From assembly GCA_020536535.1 (NCBI GenBank), contig JAHLWZ010000068.1:1-64000 (forward strand): a stretch of DNA of 64,000 nt, in the 5' to 3' direction. Below, piece after piece: positions 41,399 to 54,667 of this stretch. The stretch's first letter is position 1, and each line of letters starts with the position of its first letter. Source of the stretch: Pelomyxa schiedti. Its lineage: Eukaryota; Protista; Evosea. Position numbers and translations under genes: made by a program. Under the pieces are notes generated by a model that was not told the origin of the DNA, made no database searches, and saw only the letters and a list, made by a program, of their open reading frames with translations.

Positions 41399-44300
41399 AT
41401 GTCCAAACCACCCTCTTTTGCCTACTCCTGTAAAAACGACGAGGAGGCCAATGGCTCTCCTCCCATAATTCCTCTGCAACCAATCCCTCTATCTTGCCCT
41501 GGGTCGTCGCACCACAGCAGCTCCCACAATTACGCTCCCAACGACGACCAAGAGGAGGCCGACTACGAGCGTGGCCCTCATCCCGTCTCCGTTCCCATAA
41601 CCAGGTCGAGCTCCTACAGCACTAGCTACAACTTCCAGAACGGAAACAACGCGAGCAACAGCGACCCCAACAGCAACGAAAACGCCGGCGATGAGCATTA
41701 TGGGGCGCTGGCCAGTATCACGAAGAAATGTGGCCGCGGGGGAATCAAAGCAGCACTCGCCAAAGTGTACTATTCACCGCGGGTTCGATTCTCGCTACTG
41801 GTATTGCTACTTGTGGCCATCACGTGTGTGTCTGTCAGTGTCCTATGGTATGAGAGGTCTTTTTCAGCTTTGGGTGAATTGGATGACCAATTGATACAAG
41901 TCAAGACAGATGGTAATGAATTCTTTTGATGCCAGCCTCTCTCTCTCTCTCTCTTTGGCCCCAACCTCTTTGATTATAGCTCACTTTTGTTACTATAGCA
42001 ATTTTCAATATTGTCTACGATGTAACTGAGGTATTTTCTTTTGGAGCGGGTGAAAAAGGTCCCAATAATTTGTCACAGAAATTGAATGATGGCATCAGTT
42101 TTCTAGAGCTGCAAGCCCGCCTGAATCCTGCCCTTCTCCAACCTGAAACTGCAAATGATATTTGGTCAGATATGATATCTTCTGCTTCAGTTGTACGTCC
42201 ACTGCCACATAATAATAAATGGCTTTTTAAAAAAAGCACCGTCTTTTAGAGCAAACTTCACCTCTTGATGCAATTTGTACCAGAGGACCCATATACGTTT
42301 GATCCATCAAGCTGTGACTACGTTACTCCCGAATACTGCAACATGGTGCACCTTGTTTTTCTTTTTTGTTTTTGGAGTTAAATAGTAAAAGGATAAAACC
42401 ACCCAAAGAATCTTACTTTGCATTTACTAGACCCAAACATCTGTTTCGGACTCTGGAGATTATTTCTCCATGTTGATGAGGTCAAAGTTCGCAAATGATG
42501 GCAAAATGTGCGGTTATTATACAGATGTCGTAACATGCACATTACGACCGGTGTGCCTGCTCCCCAATACTAGCCGCTACTTATAAAGTTAGGCCTACTG
42601 TCTGAGTGGCCTTCCCCTTTACTGGGGATCATGGCTAACACCTGTAGTACCAACTGGGGAGCTATTTAATGACACAAGACTCATGTTTACAGGGTTTCTA
42701 CTGATTTTCTATGTTTTTACTCTAATCGTAATTTTAGCACTGCAATGAACTATTTTGTTACCCTGGCTCGTGTATGTAGAGTAGTTGGTTCTTTTTCCTT
42801 ACCTAATATGTGATAGGTATTGTTTTCCACAAATAGCACTCCTCTTGCGTGGTTCATAGTTGGAATGTCTATACCTAAAGTCTCCCTACCCCCAAACTTT
42901 CTTTAGAGTAACAAGTATTTCATGGCAGATTAACGTGGTTTTGAATGAAATTCCTCTGGCCTCCAATGAATTTGCTTACATTCTAGACAGTACGGGGCAT
43001 TTGATTGCCGCCATGGGCAACTTCTCAATCCCCGATACCTCATTTGGGTAGGAATAATTATTCCCATTGCTTGAAGTAACCGGAACAGTGCTATTTATCC
43101 CGCAGATTGTGGTGATGAGAGGATCATCGATACATATAATATTTTGCTGCAACAGGTAACTGATATACTGGGAATAGAAGAACCGATAACTAGTGAATAT
43201 GGAAGCCGACACATGTTCTCTCTTTAGTAAACAATATTTCTTCCTAATTTTTACACAGTCAAGCAGCACCGTTTACCATGTTTCATGATGTTAGGTGGAT
43301 TGTGGTTATTATAACTGAAAACAGGTACTACTAACACGTTTGTCTTAACCTAACTCTGCTGTACACAGTAATGCATACTTGAATTCCGTTTCTCAAATTT
43401 CAACTTTTATCTCTCTGGGTGTCATCGGGGTTCTTCTGGTCATATCGTATTCTTCCTAGCTTTTTTCTTTTGCATTTTAATGTTACTAAAGAGTGCTTTC
43501 TTCAATATCTCTATCAAAATCCCAGAAGGGAATTCGCCCTGCCCAAATCAATTTGGACTCGGGAATGATGAAGGTATTTTCTGTTTTACCAACAAGTCAT
43601 TTTACTTTTATCTTTTAGGTCATTGAAAAACTGCGTGCCCTCAACCAGACTCTTATGAGCAATGCAGCTCACAAGACGGTGGATTCTATTATTGAGATGC
43701 TTGAGTGTACTGAGGGACTTTTTAAGCCCGACTTCAAGGAACAGAGCTCTCTTTTAGATAGTGATGTTCAAAAATGGTCTTAAAATCTCTGTGACATGTG
43801 TATAGTCTGACTCCAATAGGTTGGATTGCGAAATTATACCGAACGGGATCACTTCCCACTCCGCCCAATTTGTACGCGCATCTCCTGCAATTCCTGATTC
43901 CTTGGCCATGGAACAGTTACAAGAACCAGAACTGTTAGCCAACATTGACTGCTGGGATTACATGGTTTTTCTTTTGTTAATTATTTTTATAATTGATAGA
44001 GTGATTTCCATGTAGGTCGATCACAAATTCCTATCTAAGGAGTATGTGCTGACTAAAGTAGCCTCTCAAGTTCTCTTAAAGCTGAGCGTATTTGACCATG
44101 TCAGTGTCAAACTAGGACAAGTAGAATCTCTCTTTCAAGACGTTGAAAGTTTATACAAGGTATCCTGTTTTAAACAGGAACTTGTTTAACAATAAACAGG
44201 ATAATCCCTACCACAATTCCCATCACGCAACGGATGTAGTACAGTGCATTTACTACATCCTAACACATGGTCTAATTCCACTTCTTGGGCCCACACCTTA

Positions 44301-45290
44301 TTTAGAAATATTTTCGCTGATCTGTGCTGCTGTAATGCATGATGTGTGCCGCCTATTTTCTCTTTTTGGACTTACTGATTTTTTTTTCAGGTTGGACATC
44401 CTGGAGTCAACAATGTACAACGACTGTGTACTTTTTTTTCCTTAAATTCTCTTAAAGGCTTTTTTGACTGCAACCAGTGATCCCATAGCAATACAGTTCA
44501 ATGGTTCATCCTTGTTTATTCCATCGCATTCTAAAAGGACTAGATCGGAGCGTTCTCGAGAATTTGCATTCCAGTATCGGTGTAAAGCTTCTTTTACAGC
44601 ATGCCAAACAGTGGAGTCTTGCAGAAGCAGATCTAAAATTCGGTAATTCTCTTTTTTGGGATGAATTGTCCTGAGGAATACTAGTTCGAAGTACTCTCAT
44701 TGAAATGATTCTTGGAACCGACATCTCCCACCACTTCGAAATTTTATCCAAGTTTCAGGTTTTGACCTGCCCACCATACGAATCTGTGAGTAATATAATT
44801 CTACAGACAGTTCTGGAGGGAGGGAAGTTCGATCCCACACAAAACCTTGACCATAGACTTCAAATCATGAGTGTCACCTTAAAACTGGCCGATATCTCCA
44901 ATGTATGTCTTTGAGTACTCTCCTTATCTCATATTTTTAGTGCATGAGACCCCGCAAGAATATGCTTTTTTGGGTGAGCAGACTTGTCGAAGAGTTTTTC
45001 GGCCAAGGAGACCAGGAGGTTTGGTTCTCTTCTCACTGATTTAAGTTTTCTAACCCCTGAAGGCCGCATTGAACCTACCCCTGAGCCCCTTTACAGACCG
45101 GAAGAACGGTCTTTCCAAGCTCCCCAAACTACAAGCCAACTTCATTTCTCTGATTGCACAACCGCTGCTATCAACCTATACCAAAGTTGTGCCATGCCCT
45201 GAAATTCAGAGTAATTTGCAGGCCAACATGGAATTCTGGGCATCGAATCCGATTTTCCATGACACATGGCTCTCCTCAGGCATACCCTAA
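41399..45290 (+). CDS. Membrane-anchored class I cyclic nucleotide phosphodiesterase (TM - Cache-like ectodomain - TM - PDEase_I)
   Basis: TM1 FSLLVLLLVAITCVSVSVLWY; Cache-like FAYILDSTGHLIA and DVRWIVVIITE; TM2 STFISLGVIGVLL; INLDSGMMKVIEKL; NPYHNSHHATDV; AAVMHDVGHPGVNN; ILGTDI; LKLADISN; EEFFGQGD; QANFI. Confidence 0.9.
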
Positions 45291-45461
45291 GTAACTTGTG
45301 TTACCAGATGGAAAGGAGGCGCACAGTAACTAGGGCGCCTCCAATTATATACACTAACAATGTAATTATTTCGTGTTGGGCTTTTTATTCTATTCCCACT
45401 CCCTTCACACTCAAATTTCCTTCCATATAGGCAGGAACTCACTGTCCTCCTCACTCAACAC

Positions 45462-45761
45462 TCACGACTCAACGAACTCATAGTTCTTCCTTGGAGCCGG
45501 CTTTTCTTCGTCGTCAGTGTCCACATAGTTTGGATCATTCTTATCTATTGCCCCTGGTGCAGTCATTTCCCCCTCAGGGTCAAATTGCTCCCCTCCTGTT
45601 TAGCATTTCATGTGTTATTCACAGGTGTTGAATTGGCACAATTTTCAGTGGATAATTTTAGTGTTTTCCTGTTTTTTTTTACCCTTTCTATCGTGTGCCC
45701 TATATCCCCTCTTCTCTGTTGAGTGCCTGTCCTTGAGAGCAGGTGGAGGAGGCTTGGGCAT
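45462..45761 (-). CDS. 70-aa small protein resembling the PDCD4/SERBP1-type N-terminal motif (exons 45761-45683, 45595-45462)
   Basis: Spliced MPKPPPPALKDRHSTEKRGYRAHDRKGGEQFDPEGEMTAPGAIDKNDPNYVDTDDEEKPAPRKNYEFVES*; phase-1 GT-AG intron; absent from the ORF track. Confidence 0.75.
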
Positions 45762-45955
45762 AGTGTTGGGCTGTCTTTGCTATTTTTTTCTTTTGCCACT
45801 GGCTGTTTCTTTGCAAATACTCTTCCTCGTCGGTAACAAGAGACAGCATGAGCAATTAAAAAGCACCTCCGTGTAACTTTTAAAACGGGAACGGGTTGGA
45901 GTATTTTTACTTTTTTTTTACTTATTTCAAAAAAGCCAGAGTCGTGTGATGTGTT

Positions 45956-47614
45956 TTAGGGTTTCACTTCTTGGTATCCACCTTTGGACTGCTTGTCTTG
46001 CTTGGTGCAGCAGCAACAAACAGTGATGACAATTATGATCACAACAACAACAGCCACTATAACAGCCAGAATGACTAACTTTTCCCAAGTCTCGAGTGAT
46101 GGGCAGTACTTGTCCTTATCATCCCGGGAAACACAGGGACTCTCTGGCTCCTCAATATAGCCACATAGCGTGCAGGAGTAGCTGTGCTGGGTCAGAAAAG
46201 GGGGAGATTATATAGTCATACTAGTCCGTGACTTCATCGCTACACTTGGACTTCTGGCAAGTGTATGAATCTAGTGCTAAGTAGGCTGCAGCACACTCTT
46301 CGTCAGCGAAGCACTTGTACATTTTGCGCTCCTCCTCCAGACAAACGGTGGTCATATCCACGGCACAATAAGAGGTTCCCGTATAGTATGAGCATTCACA
46401 CTCAGTTCCCGTCTCAGAGCAGTCGTCATCAGTTGTGCACTCCTTTTAGTGTTGCCTTGGTTAGGCTCTTTGTCATAAAGTAGGGAGGAGGAAACACGAA
46501 ATTACCGTCAACTCGGGTTCGGTAAACGCGGTACAAACTCCCTCAACACATTGGCAGGAAGTTTCGCAAATATAATCTCCCTTTTTGATGTTAGACCGAA
46601 AGTTATAAGCTGGAACTCACATCACAAGCACTTCCTTCACTGACGCTGAATAGTTCAATACAAACTGAGGTCACAGTGTCACAGATGAGGTTAGTTCCAC
46701 AGTATGGGGAGCCAGTTTGGGTGCAGGTCTCTCCTTCCTTAAGAAAGTATTCACATTTGCCGGAAGTGCACAACATTCCAGTGTCACATGTCATCCCCTC
46801 ACTCCTCCACATTAATACATTGTCGATAGAGGAAAGCATGTCACAGCTCTCCTGGTACTGATGAGGTTGGCACTTTCCGTCAGAGCAAGTCATAGTACCC
46901 CAGCAGCCGTGGTCATCATCACAATCATCATTAGCATTGCCAAGAGGGAGACAGACACTATCGACGCATTCAATCATATGAGTACCAAGCGCGTCTGGAT
47001 AGCATATTGTTGTGGTGTAATTGCACTCAAGCCCCTAAGTTGTCGCCCCAACAGTAGGGGACCAGTAAGTGACGGAAACAAAGGCTAAGGGGGAAGACCT
47101 CAGAGCTTGTTTTGCACTCCTTGTCCAAGCAGTAGTAGTTATTAGGGCAACAATCACTATTTTTATCGATGCAAATTGCATCATAATCGCACTCGTCATT
47201 GGTGTCTAGGCAAGTGTAATTTTCTGTGCAGACCTCCTGAGAGGAAGACAATAACGAGACAGACTCCGAAATCGAAGTGGAGATTGATTGTGATAATGAG
47301 TTTGATTGTGATGCCGAGGATGAAGTTGAGGTTGAGGTAGAAGTTGACAACGAATCCGATTCGGAGGTGGATATGGATTTTGAGGTACTTGTTGAAAGGG
47401 AAGTGGAGGTACTCAGTGACACTGAGTTTGACGTAGATGAACTATCCTGAGCATCTGCAACACCAAGAAAAGGGGAAAAAAAACTAACTTAGAGAAAGGA
47501 ACATCTTGCAAACAAAAAGGGTGGGAGGGGAGGGAAAAAAAAAAAGAACAAAGTACAGTTTGTTGTCACGAACGCCAACAGAGCAACCAACAGTACAACA
47601 GACAGTCTTGACAT
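45956..47614 (-). CDS. Type I membrane protein: signal peptide, Ser/Thr mucin-like stalk, Cys-rich ectodomain, TM and short tail
   Basis: MSRLSVVLLVALLAF signal; STSTS repeat; many Cys-rich segments (CTQTGSPYCGTNLICD); TM LVILAVIVAVVVVIIIVITVCCCC; tail ...GGYQEVKP*. Confidence 0.85.
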
Positions 47615-47873
47615 GTGAGATCTTCAATCTGCGACAAACTCACGGGTGTCGTATTGCCGGTGCACCACTTCGCTTCACCTTTTGGTTTTTAAAAAACTTC
47701 TTGGAAGGCGCACACAGCTCTCGATTTCTTTCGTTTTGTATTGACTGAAATTTTGGGGCAACGAGATAGAGAAATAGCGGAACGGTGGCAATTGCATTTC
47801 GTCCATTCTTTAAATTTTCGGGTACTTGTTGGATTACTGTGATAAACAACAATCAACCAAAGGGCCATTTGGC

Positions 47874-49637
47874 TTAATCGTTGTGCTCCCACTGTGGTGT
47901 TGGGGTTGGTGGTGTGTAGAATGGCCCTTGTTCGATATACCTCTGTAGCCGTGATGTTTCTGGTTCGTCGGCAATGGTTGCGCCCTGGCGGGCTGCTTCT
48001 GCGGCTGTGGAGGAAAGAGCCTTCACTAGCACAAACTGCCACTCTTTGCCTTGCTTTGTTTTTGTGGTGGAGCGGTCATTTGTAAACTCTACAAATCCGG
48101 CGTAGCCAAATAGGGATCGCGCCCCCCATATGTGATGGGCTAGGCCACAGAGCATGTGGAACGTTGCATAGACAACATCTTCAGCAATGTTCTTGGCATA
48201 CTGCATGTAGCAACCAATGGCGTTAGTGGCAGGTGCTCCAGAGCTTGGTTCCAACGACAACCATTCATCTCTAAGTGTAGTGCTTGCCTTTGGGTTGGTG
48301 ACATGTACATTCGCAGAAAGGATGAGCCCCAAAGCATTAAGTGCGCATATGCGAATGGGTACACTCGTTGACGTCGTTTGAGAAAATAGCTGGGGAAGTA
48401 GTGGCGGTGTTAATGATAAAAGAAGTCCCAGCCCAGTTCCAGTTGTCCCAATCTTTTGAGGTCACTTAATTGATTTTTATGTCTAAAAGGAATTAAAACC
48501 TTGCCAAACGCAAGCAACAGCTCAGTACCAAGTTTCTCGTTCTCATGCCAAAGGCGGTACAGTTCATTGATAACCTTTTCCATCAACACTGCTGGGTTAT
48601 TTACAACGGCTTCCTTGCGCTCATTGAAAAGGTTTGAAAACGCCCGAACAGCGGAAAGTTGGAGGGAGTTTTCATGTGTGAGCAGTTGAAAAACAGGTTC
48701 TAAAATTCCGTTTGCTGCAACATATGCAAGACCCTCATCGGATTTGGATATCTACACATTTTATTGGTCACTAGGATCCCTCTAAAATTGGTACCTACCT
48801 GTTCTATAACTTCAAGTGCATTCAGGGATTCCATCATATCACTTGAAACTAGACATCTTGGAAGTATGGCGAAAAATCCAGAGTATAAAGGTAGTGCCTA
48901 AGAGATAACAATAAGGAACTGCACAAGAAAAAAAAGAGGTGGCTAGAAGGGTGCTGAAAGCTTACGTTTGGGTTAGCAGCGCAAATCTCAGCTGCCAGTC
49001 CTATTACTCTGTATTGCATAACAAGTTGAACTTTAGGTCCGCACACATATGTTACAAGTTGAGCACGAAGCCCCTCACCAAGGTCGCCAGCATTATGTTG
49101 GGCAACCTACACTACATTGAGTAAACGGAAGCGAACACGCGCCATCACCAACATCACAGCAGTGGCATTATTCTCACCTGAACCAAAAGTGACGCAGCAG
49201 CGCGAGAAACGCCGAGATGTTTGCAACACAAGGCCCTCGCCGCGTAAGGCATGAGGCCACCACACGCCAAATCGGCGGCACGCCCGCCCTCTGCAACGAG
49301 CAGCATCACCTGGAGCACCAGCACCACGACCATTGCCTGCGCCTCACTTTGCACGGCCAATTGCTCGCCGCCGCCGCCGCCGCCGCTGCTGTTTGGGGGG
49401 TTCAAAACGCCCATCAGCAAAGACATCAACTCGGCAGACTCCACAACGCGAGGCGCGCCGGCCCTCTGTGCTAGCGTCAAGAATTGTCGGCACGTGTCCT
49501 GCACGACGTACTCATCCGCTAACAGACCAACACAGCGTGATTAATCATACGACATGGCCTACGTTTATTGAGGGGTTCTCTTACATACGATCGTTCAGTT
49601 GCGGCAACAACGGTCCTATCTGCTGCATTAGATCCAT
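47874..49637 (-). CDS. PSMD5: 26S proteasome assembly chaperone PSMD5 (S5b/Hsm3)-like ARM protein
   Basis: Helical ARM-type exons; C-terminal YAGFVEFTNDRS...KEWQFVLVKAL...LQRYIEQGPFY matches the PSMD5 C-terminus from recall; first exon MDLMQQIGPLLPQLND with a GTATGT donor. Confidence 0.75.
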
Positions 49638-49827
49638 CTTCTATCTCCTTTCTTTTTTTTTTCAATTTTCTTTCTTTTTCTGCTTTTATTTTTGTCTGCC
49701 TGACCATCAGAATTGTTTGTGGGCCAATTGAGCCAAGTGGACTTGAGGCAAAATTTGAGTTCAAATTGGGTGGGAGGACCCACCAGAAAGAAAAAGACAC
49801 GAAAATTACAACACCTTGTTGGGGTGG

Positions 49828-52800
49828 TTATTTTTTGGGCCTTGTTCCTTTATTAGAAGGAGCCGGCGAACATGGTGGTGACTTTCTCCATGCCCAGTTT
49901 GTAGTCTGGGAACTGTTGGTTTGGTGAGCAACGAGAAATGGGTGCTGGTGAGTAAAGAGAACCTTCTGAATGTCAGCCAGCAGTTTTTTACATTCGGGGA
50001 GTGTCTCAATGACGTGGTACAAATTAGCCAATTCCTGTGTATAAGTGATTTCAGGAGTTTGTGGGAATGAAGAAACTAACGAGATAGGCAGCTCCCGGTT
50101 GGGACTCGGAGAACCGCTTGTAAATCATATGCGGTTTGATGAAAAGATGTCTGTGCTTAAAGAAGGATATGAATTGTTTCACATCCTTTTCAACAGCTTT
50201 CAAATCTTCACGCTTGGTACGGCCTGTTGTAAGGTAGCGCCGTTGCTCTTTAGAAAACATTCCAAATACCTATAGGAAGTTGTTTATGAGGTAGCGGATT
50301 TGCAGTACAATACCTTGGCAATGCAATGAAGAGTGTTGATAATTACCACATTTCCAGGGGAATTTAGACCCAGGATGTCAAAAAACTGGATAAGTAACTT
50401 GTGTTTCTCCAAAATGTCAATTACACCGGAATGGTAAGTGAGGATGTTGTAGAACAGTTTCCAAGATTCTTTACTGACCGCTTTGTGTGGGTCCCGGCAG
50501 AGGGATAAAAGCCTGGCACAAAAGGTTAGTTCAGCAGGAATCGTGCCAGAAATTACTTGAAATAAAATGCGGAATCATTTTTCTGGTACTCGAAGAGAAC
50601 TTTAGTTCTGAACAAGTATCGGAGACTGCCGGTAAGAACTGGTTTGAAAAAAGAAATAAGAAAAAAAAAAGGCACCAAGGTATTTACAGGCTCGACAATT
50701 TGCAGAATGAGAGCCTGGAATACTTGTTAGATGGGTAATGACTTGCAGCAAATCGTCGATATCTGAAAGACTTTGGGATGAGAAACAAAATTAGTGGGTT
50801 GGTTACCTGATTCCGAAACCTGTATCTCTTTCCTCGATTTTGGTCGAGGTGTTGGTGTGTCCTTAGGATGATGCTCTTTACTTTTTGACAATGACGACTT
50901 GCACAGTGTTAGATGCATAGAGTTCAGACTAGAAGAATCTCTTACAAGATATTTTCCTTTTTTTTCGGTCCTCTGGACAAGTATTTTTAGGAAGTCACAT
51001 CTCTCACAGAGCTTTTCAAAGACTCGGCACAAGGAGACCAGTGACTTGGGTGTTTTAGTGTTTGATCAATATTTTTTTTCTGTACGTTTGTTGGTTTTGG
51101 TTTCTTTCGAATTTCTGTAAGCAACTTGCAGAAAAACTCTTCACTCATAAGAAATGGAAGCACATCAGATGTTGTATTATCAACAACAGTATTAAGTAAA
51201 TCGATCCACAAGTTACTGAGGGTCTGTCAAACAGTTGGGCTTTTAGTCACACCGTATGTGCAACTACCTGTACTGTGGACGAAGGGAGTTCTTTTTCTGG
51301 ATCGTACATATCCTTTAAAACATTGTCTGAATTCATTGTATAGTAAGAAAGGAGAAGTGACTTCCAGTCACTCAGCAGTACGGAGAAAAGACAGCGCATG
51401 GCAAACTATTTAGACGTGTTTAGTGTTGTTGAAGTGCGTCAAATACTACCTGTGAGTGCGAGAACTTCGATCTTAAAAGTTCTCTGACCATCTCAATGAA
51501 ATCGTAGTTTTGAACTTGTGGCTATTCAAGTCTAAGATCATCACTCGAGAACACAAATCGTACCCCAAGAATTGGCGATTTCATGACTTGGACAATCGCG
51601 AAAAGAATGAAGGAAGCAGCACTGATACTCCTGCTGGAAAGTGCTGGAAACATCGCGGAAATTTCTGTTTCAGCTGGTTGATCAGAGAGATCCAAACACT
51701 GAGCAAGATCCTAACGAAGGTTTGTAATACAGAAAAAGAAAATGAAGACTACTGGAATTTCATGTCTGGCGCCCTCTCTTGCAATAATATTTACGTAATA
51801 CATAGCACATACTGTAGTGATGAAGTCATGGCAACTTGGAGAAAGCTGTGCTGAGCGTTGGCAGTTAATTAGGACAGAAAGACAAGTACCATTTGATGCA
51901 CAAGACCCAAAGTGAGTGAATTGTAGGGGTAGAAGTCTTGAGGGACCTCAGAGAAAGCAAGACAACATTTTGCAAATACACTCAAAGCATACAGGTCTCT
52001 TGCTTCAACAACTTGAGTTAAGGCTTCTGGGTTGGCTCGCACAATCTCATACGCCAGGAGGGCAATCTAGTTTTTTGAATGAATTTCACGTAAATGAAAT
52101 GGAATGTACTTTGCATTCAAGGCATCTTGAACACATGTTTTCCCACACATCGAAGAGCTTGGCAAATTGGTCTGGAGGAAATTTCCTGGCAATTTCAGAG
52201 CCCACTGTTATGACAGAGAGAGCAGCACCAGTTGTCGATGCCATTGGCTGCTCTATGAGCTGCAAGGGGTTAAGGATTGTCCCTCACACATATCACTTTT
52301 CTAGTTTTAAAAAAGACAAAAACTGTACCTCTGTGAAGGAATCTAGACACATTGGTAACAGAAGAAGCGTTTGTAAGTCTGTGTAGGATAGAGTTTCTTG
52401 GTGCACGATGTTTAAAGCTGTCTATTTGTTTGTTATGCTGAGGGATAAACTAAGACAAGAAACCTTTCCAGTGGATGTTATTGCGCCAGGTTGTGATAAA
52501 TCAGCAGCAGTCTGCAGAGCTAAATTCCGCGTAAAATAGATAGAAGACATCAGATTTGGCACAATTTGGGATAAATACTGTTAGACTATGTTAGTGCAAA
52601 CCTAATACAAAAAAAGGGGGTTGATTACACTTGATCGCAATGGGTCTTCATCGGGCTGTGGGAGTTTAGTCAGATCAATTTTTGGTTCTTTGAAAACTTT
52701 CTTGTAGGCCTCTGATTTGTGATGTGGTACTGGAACGAAATTCTGTATGTCCATTTAACCTCCAAAACCGTTGGATAGAAAATACGCACAGATTTCATGC

Positions 52801-54178
52801 TATTATCCCGCTGCTTTAGGATTTCCACATAAATTTGACTAACTTTCGTTCTTGTTCTTTGTGGTATTTCGACTAAAGATAAACTTAATTCCTGATCAGT
52901 CTCAGAGACTGATGCAACAAAAGGCTTATAGGTAACTCCAAATCCCTAACCTTAAATTACTATAGGTTATAATGACATGGCGTATTACCATTGCCACATT
53001 AGGATCAACATAAGCCGGTTTTACTAATTGGATGACTTGTCCATGGTCAACTTTTTCTGCAGAAAAGGTTGGAGTAGCTTGTACTTCTAGCTGTTGAAGA
53101 TTTGAGCACAATAGATAAAAACGCGAAAGTACCTCTTTGGAGGGTTTCAGATTGATGACTGTTTCCAGTTGGGATGGGTGAGGTGGAATTCTGGGAAGCT
53201 TTTCTGCACACAGTAGTGCCCATCTCTTCATGGCCAGCTCGTATTCTTAAGTCGAGTCAGGGACATTGGAATAGGTAAAAGAAGGCCAACGTTCAAAGGT
53301 GTCATAGTACTGTGGAATGGGTTCCTTGGGGATAAGAGTAGCTTCCCAAGGATCCACTTTCAGAGGAAGTAGCCAGGCTGCCACATCTTCTTCAGCTCCT
53401 TCTGAGGAAGTTGCTTTCATTCAAATTACTTACAAGAAAAGAAAAGAGTATAGAAGTACTCGATCTCCTCTTCATCTCGTACTCATCAACGAAAGCTTCC
53501 TAATTAGAATAAGGAAAAGAGTTTACTACACGTTGGGTGAGGTACCCCTCTATCTTGGGTGTGCTTTGGACGGCACAGATGCCTCCCCATTACAACGGGA
53601 AGTTGAAGAGGTCCTAGGGACTCTTCCGTGTTGGTTTTCCACTTCATTACTGCCTCTGCATATCTAACGTGGGGTAAACAGGCTATGGAGAGGTTTGTAC
53701 TCTTCATATGTCCCATAAGACTCTGGTTCTGGCATGTCTACAAAAGTGTGATCCTGTGTGGAGAGGGTGAGGGGATGCCAGTTTTTATTTGGTGAAGAAC
53801 TTGGTGTGAAACAGGCCGCGGCACAGAAATATATTGTATATCATAATAAGTGCTCCTGTCAGGACCCACAAATGCAGCACCTCCCCACATGGAAGGTGCA
53901 GTAGCAGTAGCAGTAGCAGTAGCAATAGCAGGCGAGGAAGGAGACGTTGAAAAAGAAGCCAGGGACATTAAGGACTGGCACGACTGTGAGGTGTGTAGTG
54001 AAAGTGCTGGCGTCGCTGCAGGGCTAGACGGCGGAGACGAAGAAGGCGAGGACGAAGGTGACGACGACAAAGCCGCCGGTGATGTAGGCGATGTGCCGGC
54101 CAGTGCAATAGAAAGAAGCGAAGATGAACTGGAATACGACGAGGAAGACAGCGGCTTAGCAGTCAAATCCGGGGTCAT
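49828..54178 (-). CDS. Large hypothetical helical (ARM/HEAT-like) protein with two N-terminal PxPxxYxT[YF]ExY motifs
   Basis: Chain of amphipathic-helix exons (50051-50260, 50727-51032, 50987-51211, 52926-53231) linked by short introns; Ser-rich first exon. Confidence 0.65.
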
Positions 54179-54667
54179 GTTAGGGCCAGCGTATTCTGCC
54201 CCGACTGCGTTGTTTATGTATGGCAACAAAAGAGGAGGGAGAAAAACAACAACAAAGCACAAGCAAAGCCGGGCAGTTAGTCAAACGCTAAGCAAGAGAG
54301 ATTCATTCAGATCTCAAGATCTCCATACGATTTGTTCTGTACACCCGTACACCACCCACAGCCGACGACATCTCGTGTCAAGGGGCGAAAAGAAAATTAA
54401 AAGTGAAACGGACACTAAAAAGCATCACACAATCCCGGCAACATCAACTTCGCGTAATCTAGACCGCCAGTTTCTTTCACAATGTTTGGTTTAGAGAGGC
54501 TGGGGGGGTTGAAGTCTTCTGGAGTTATTTTGTTTACGTTGGTAAACATTAATTTTTTATTATTACACACAGCCTCAGGGTCTGGTGTCACACACCCCTG
54601 TATACTGTGTAAGTTAGTTTGGCTGCTGCTGGACTGTTTGTTGCTGTTTGGGGGATTCTGCATTCAC

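Noticed and set aside
41711-41803. tRNA-like pairing: GCCAGTA/TACTGGT acceptor stem plus GCGGG-TTCGATT-CTCGC T-arm, 93 nt apart
   Set aside because: No 5-bp anticodon stem with a 7-nt loop and no proper D-loop GG; it lies in the PDE first coding exon, so probably coincidence (tRNAscan-SE would settle it).
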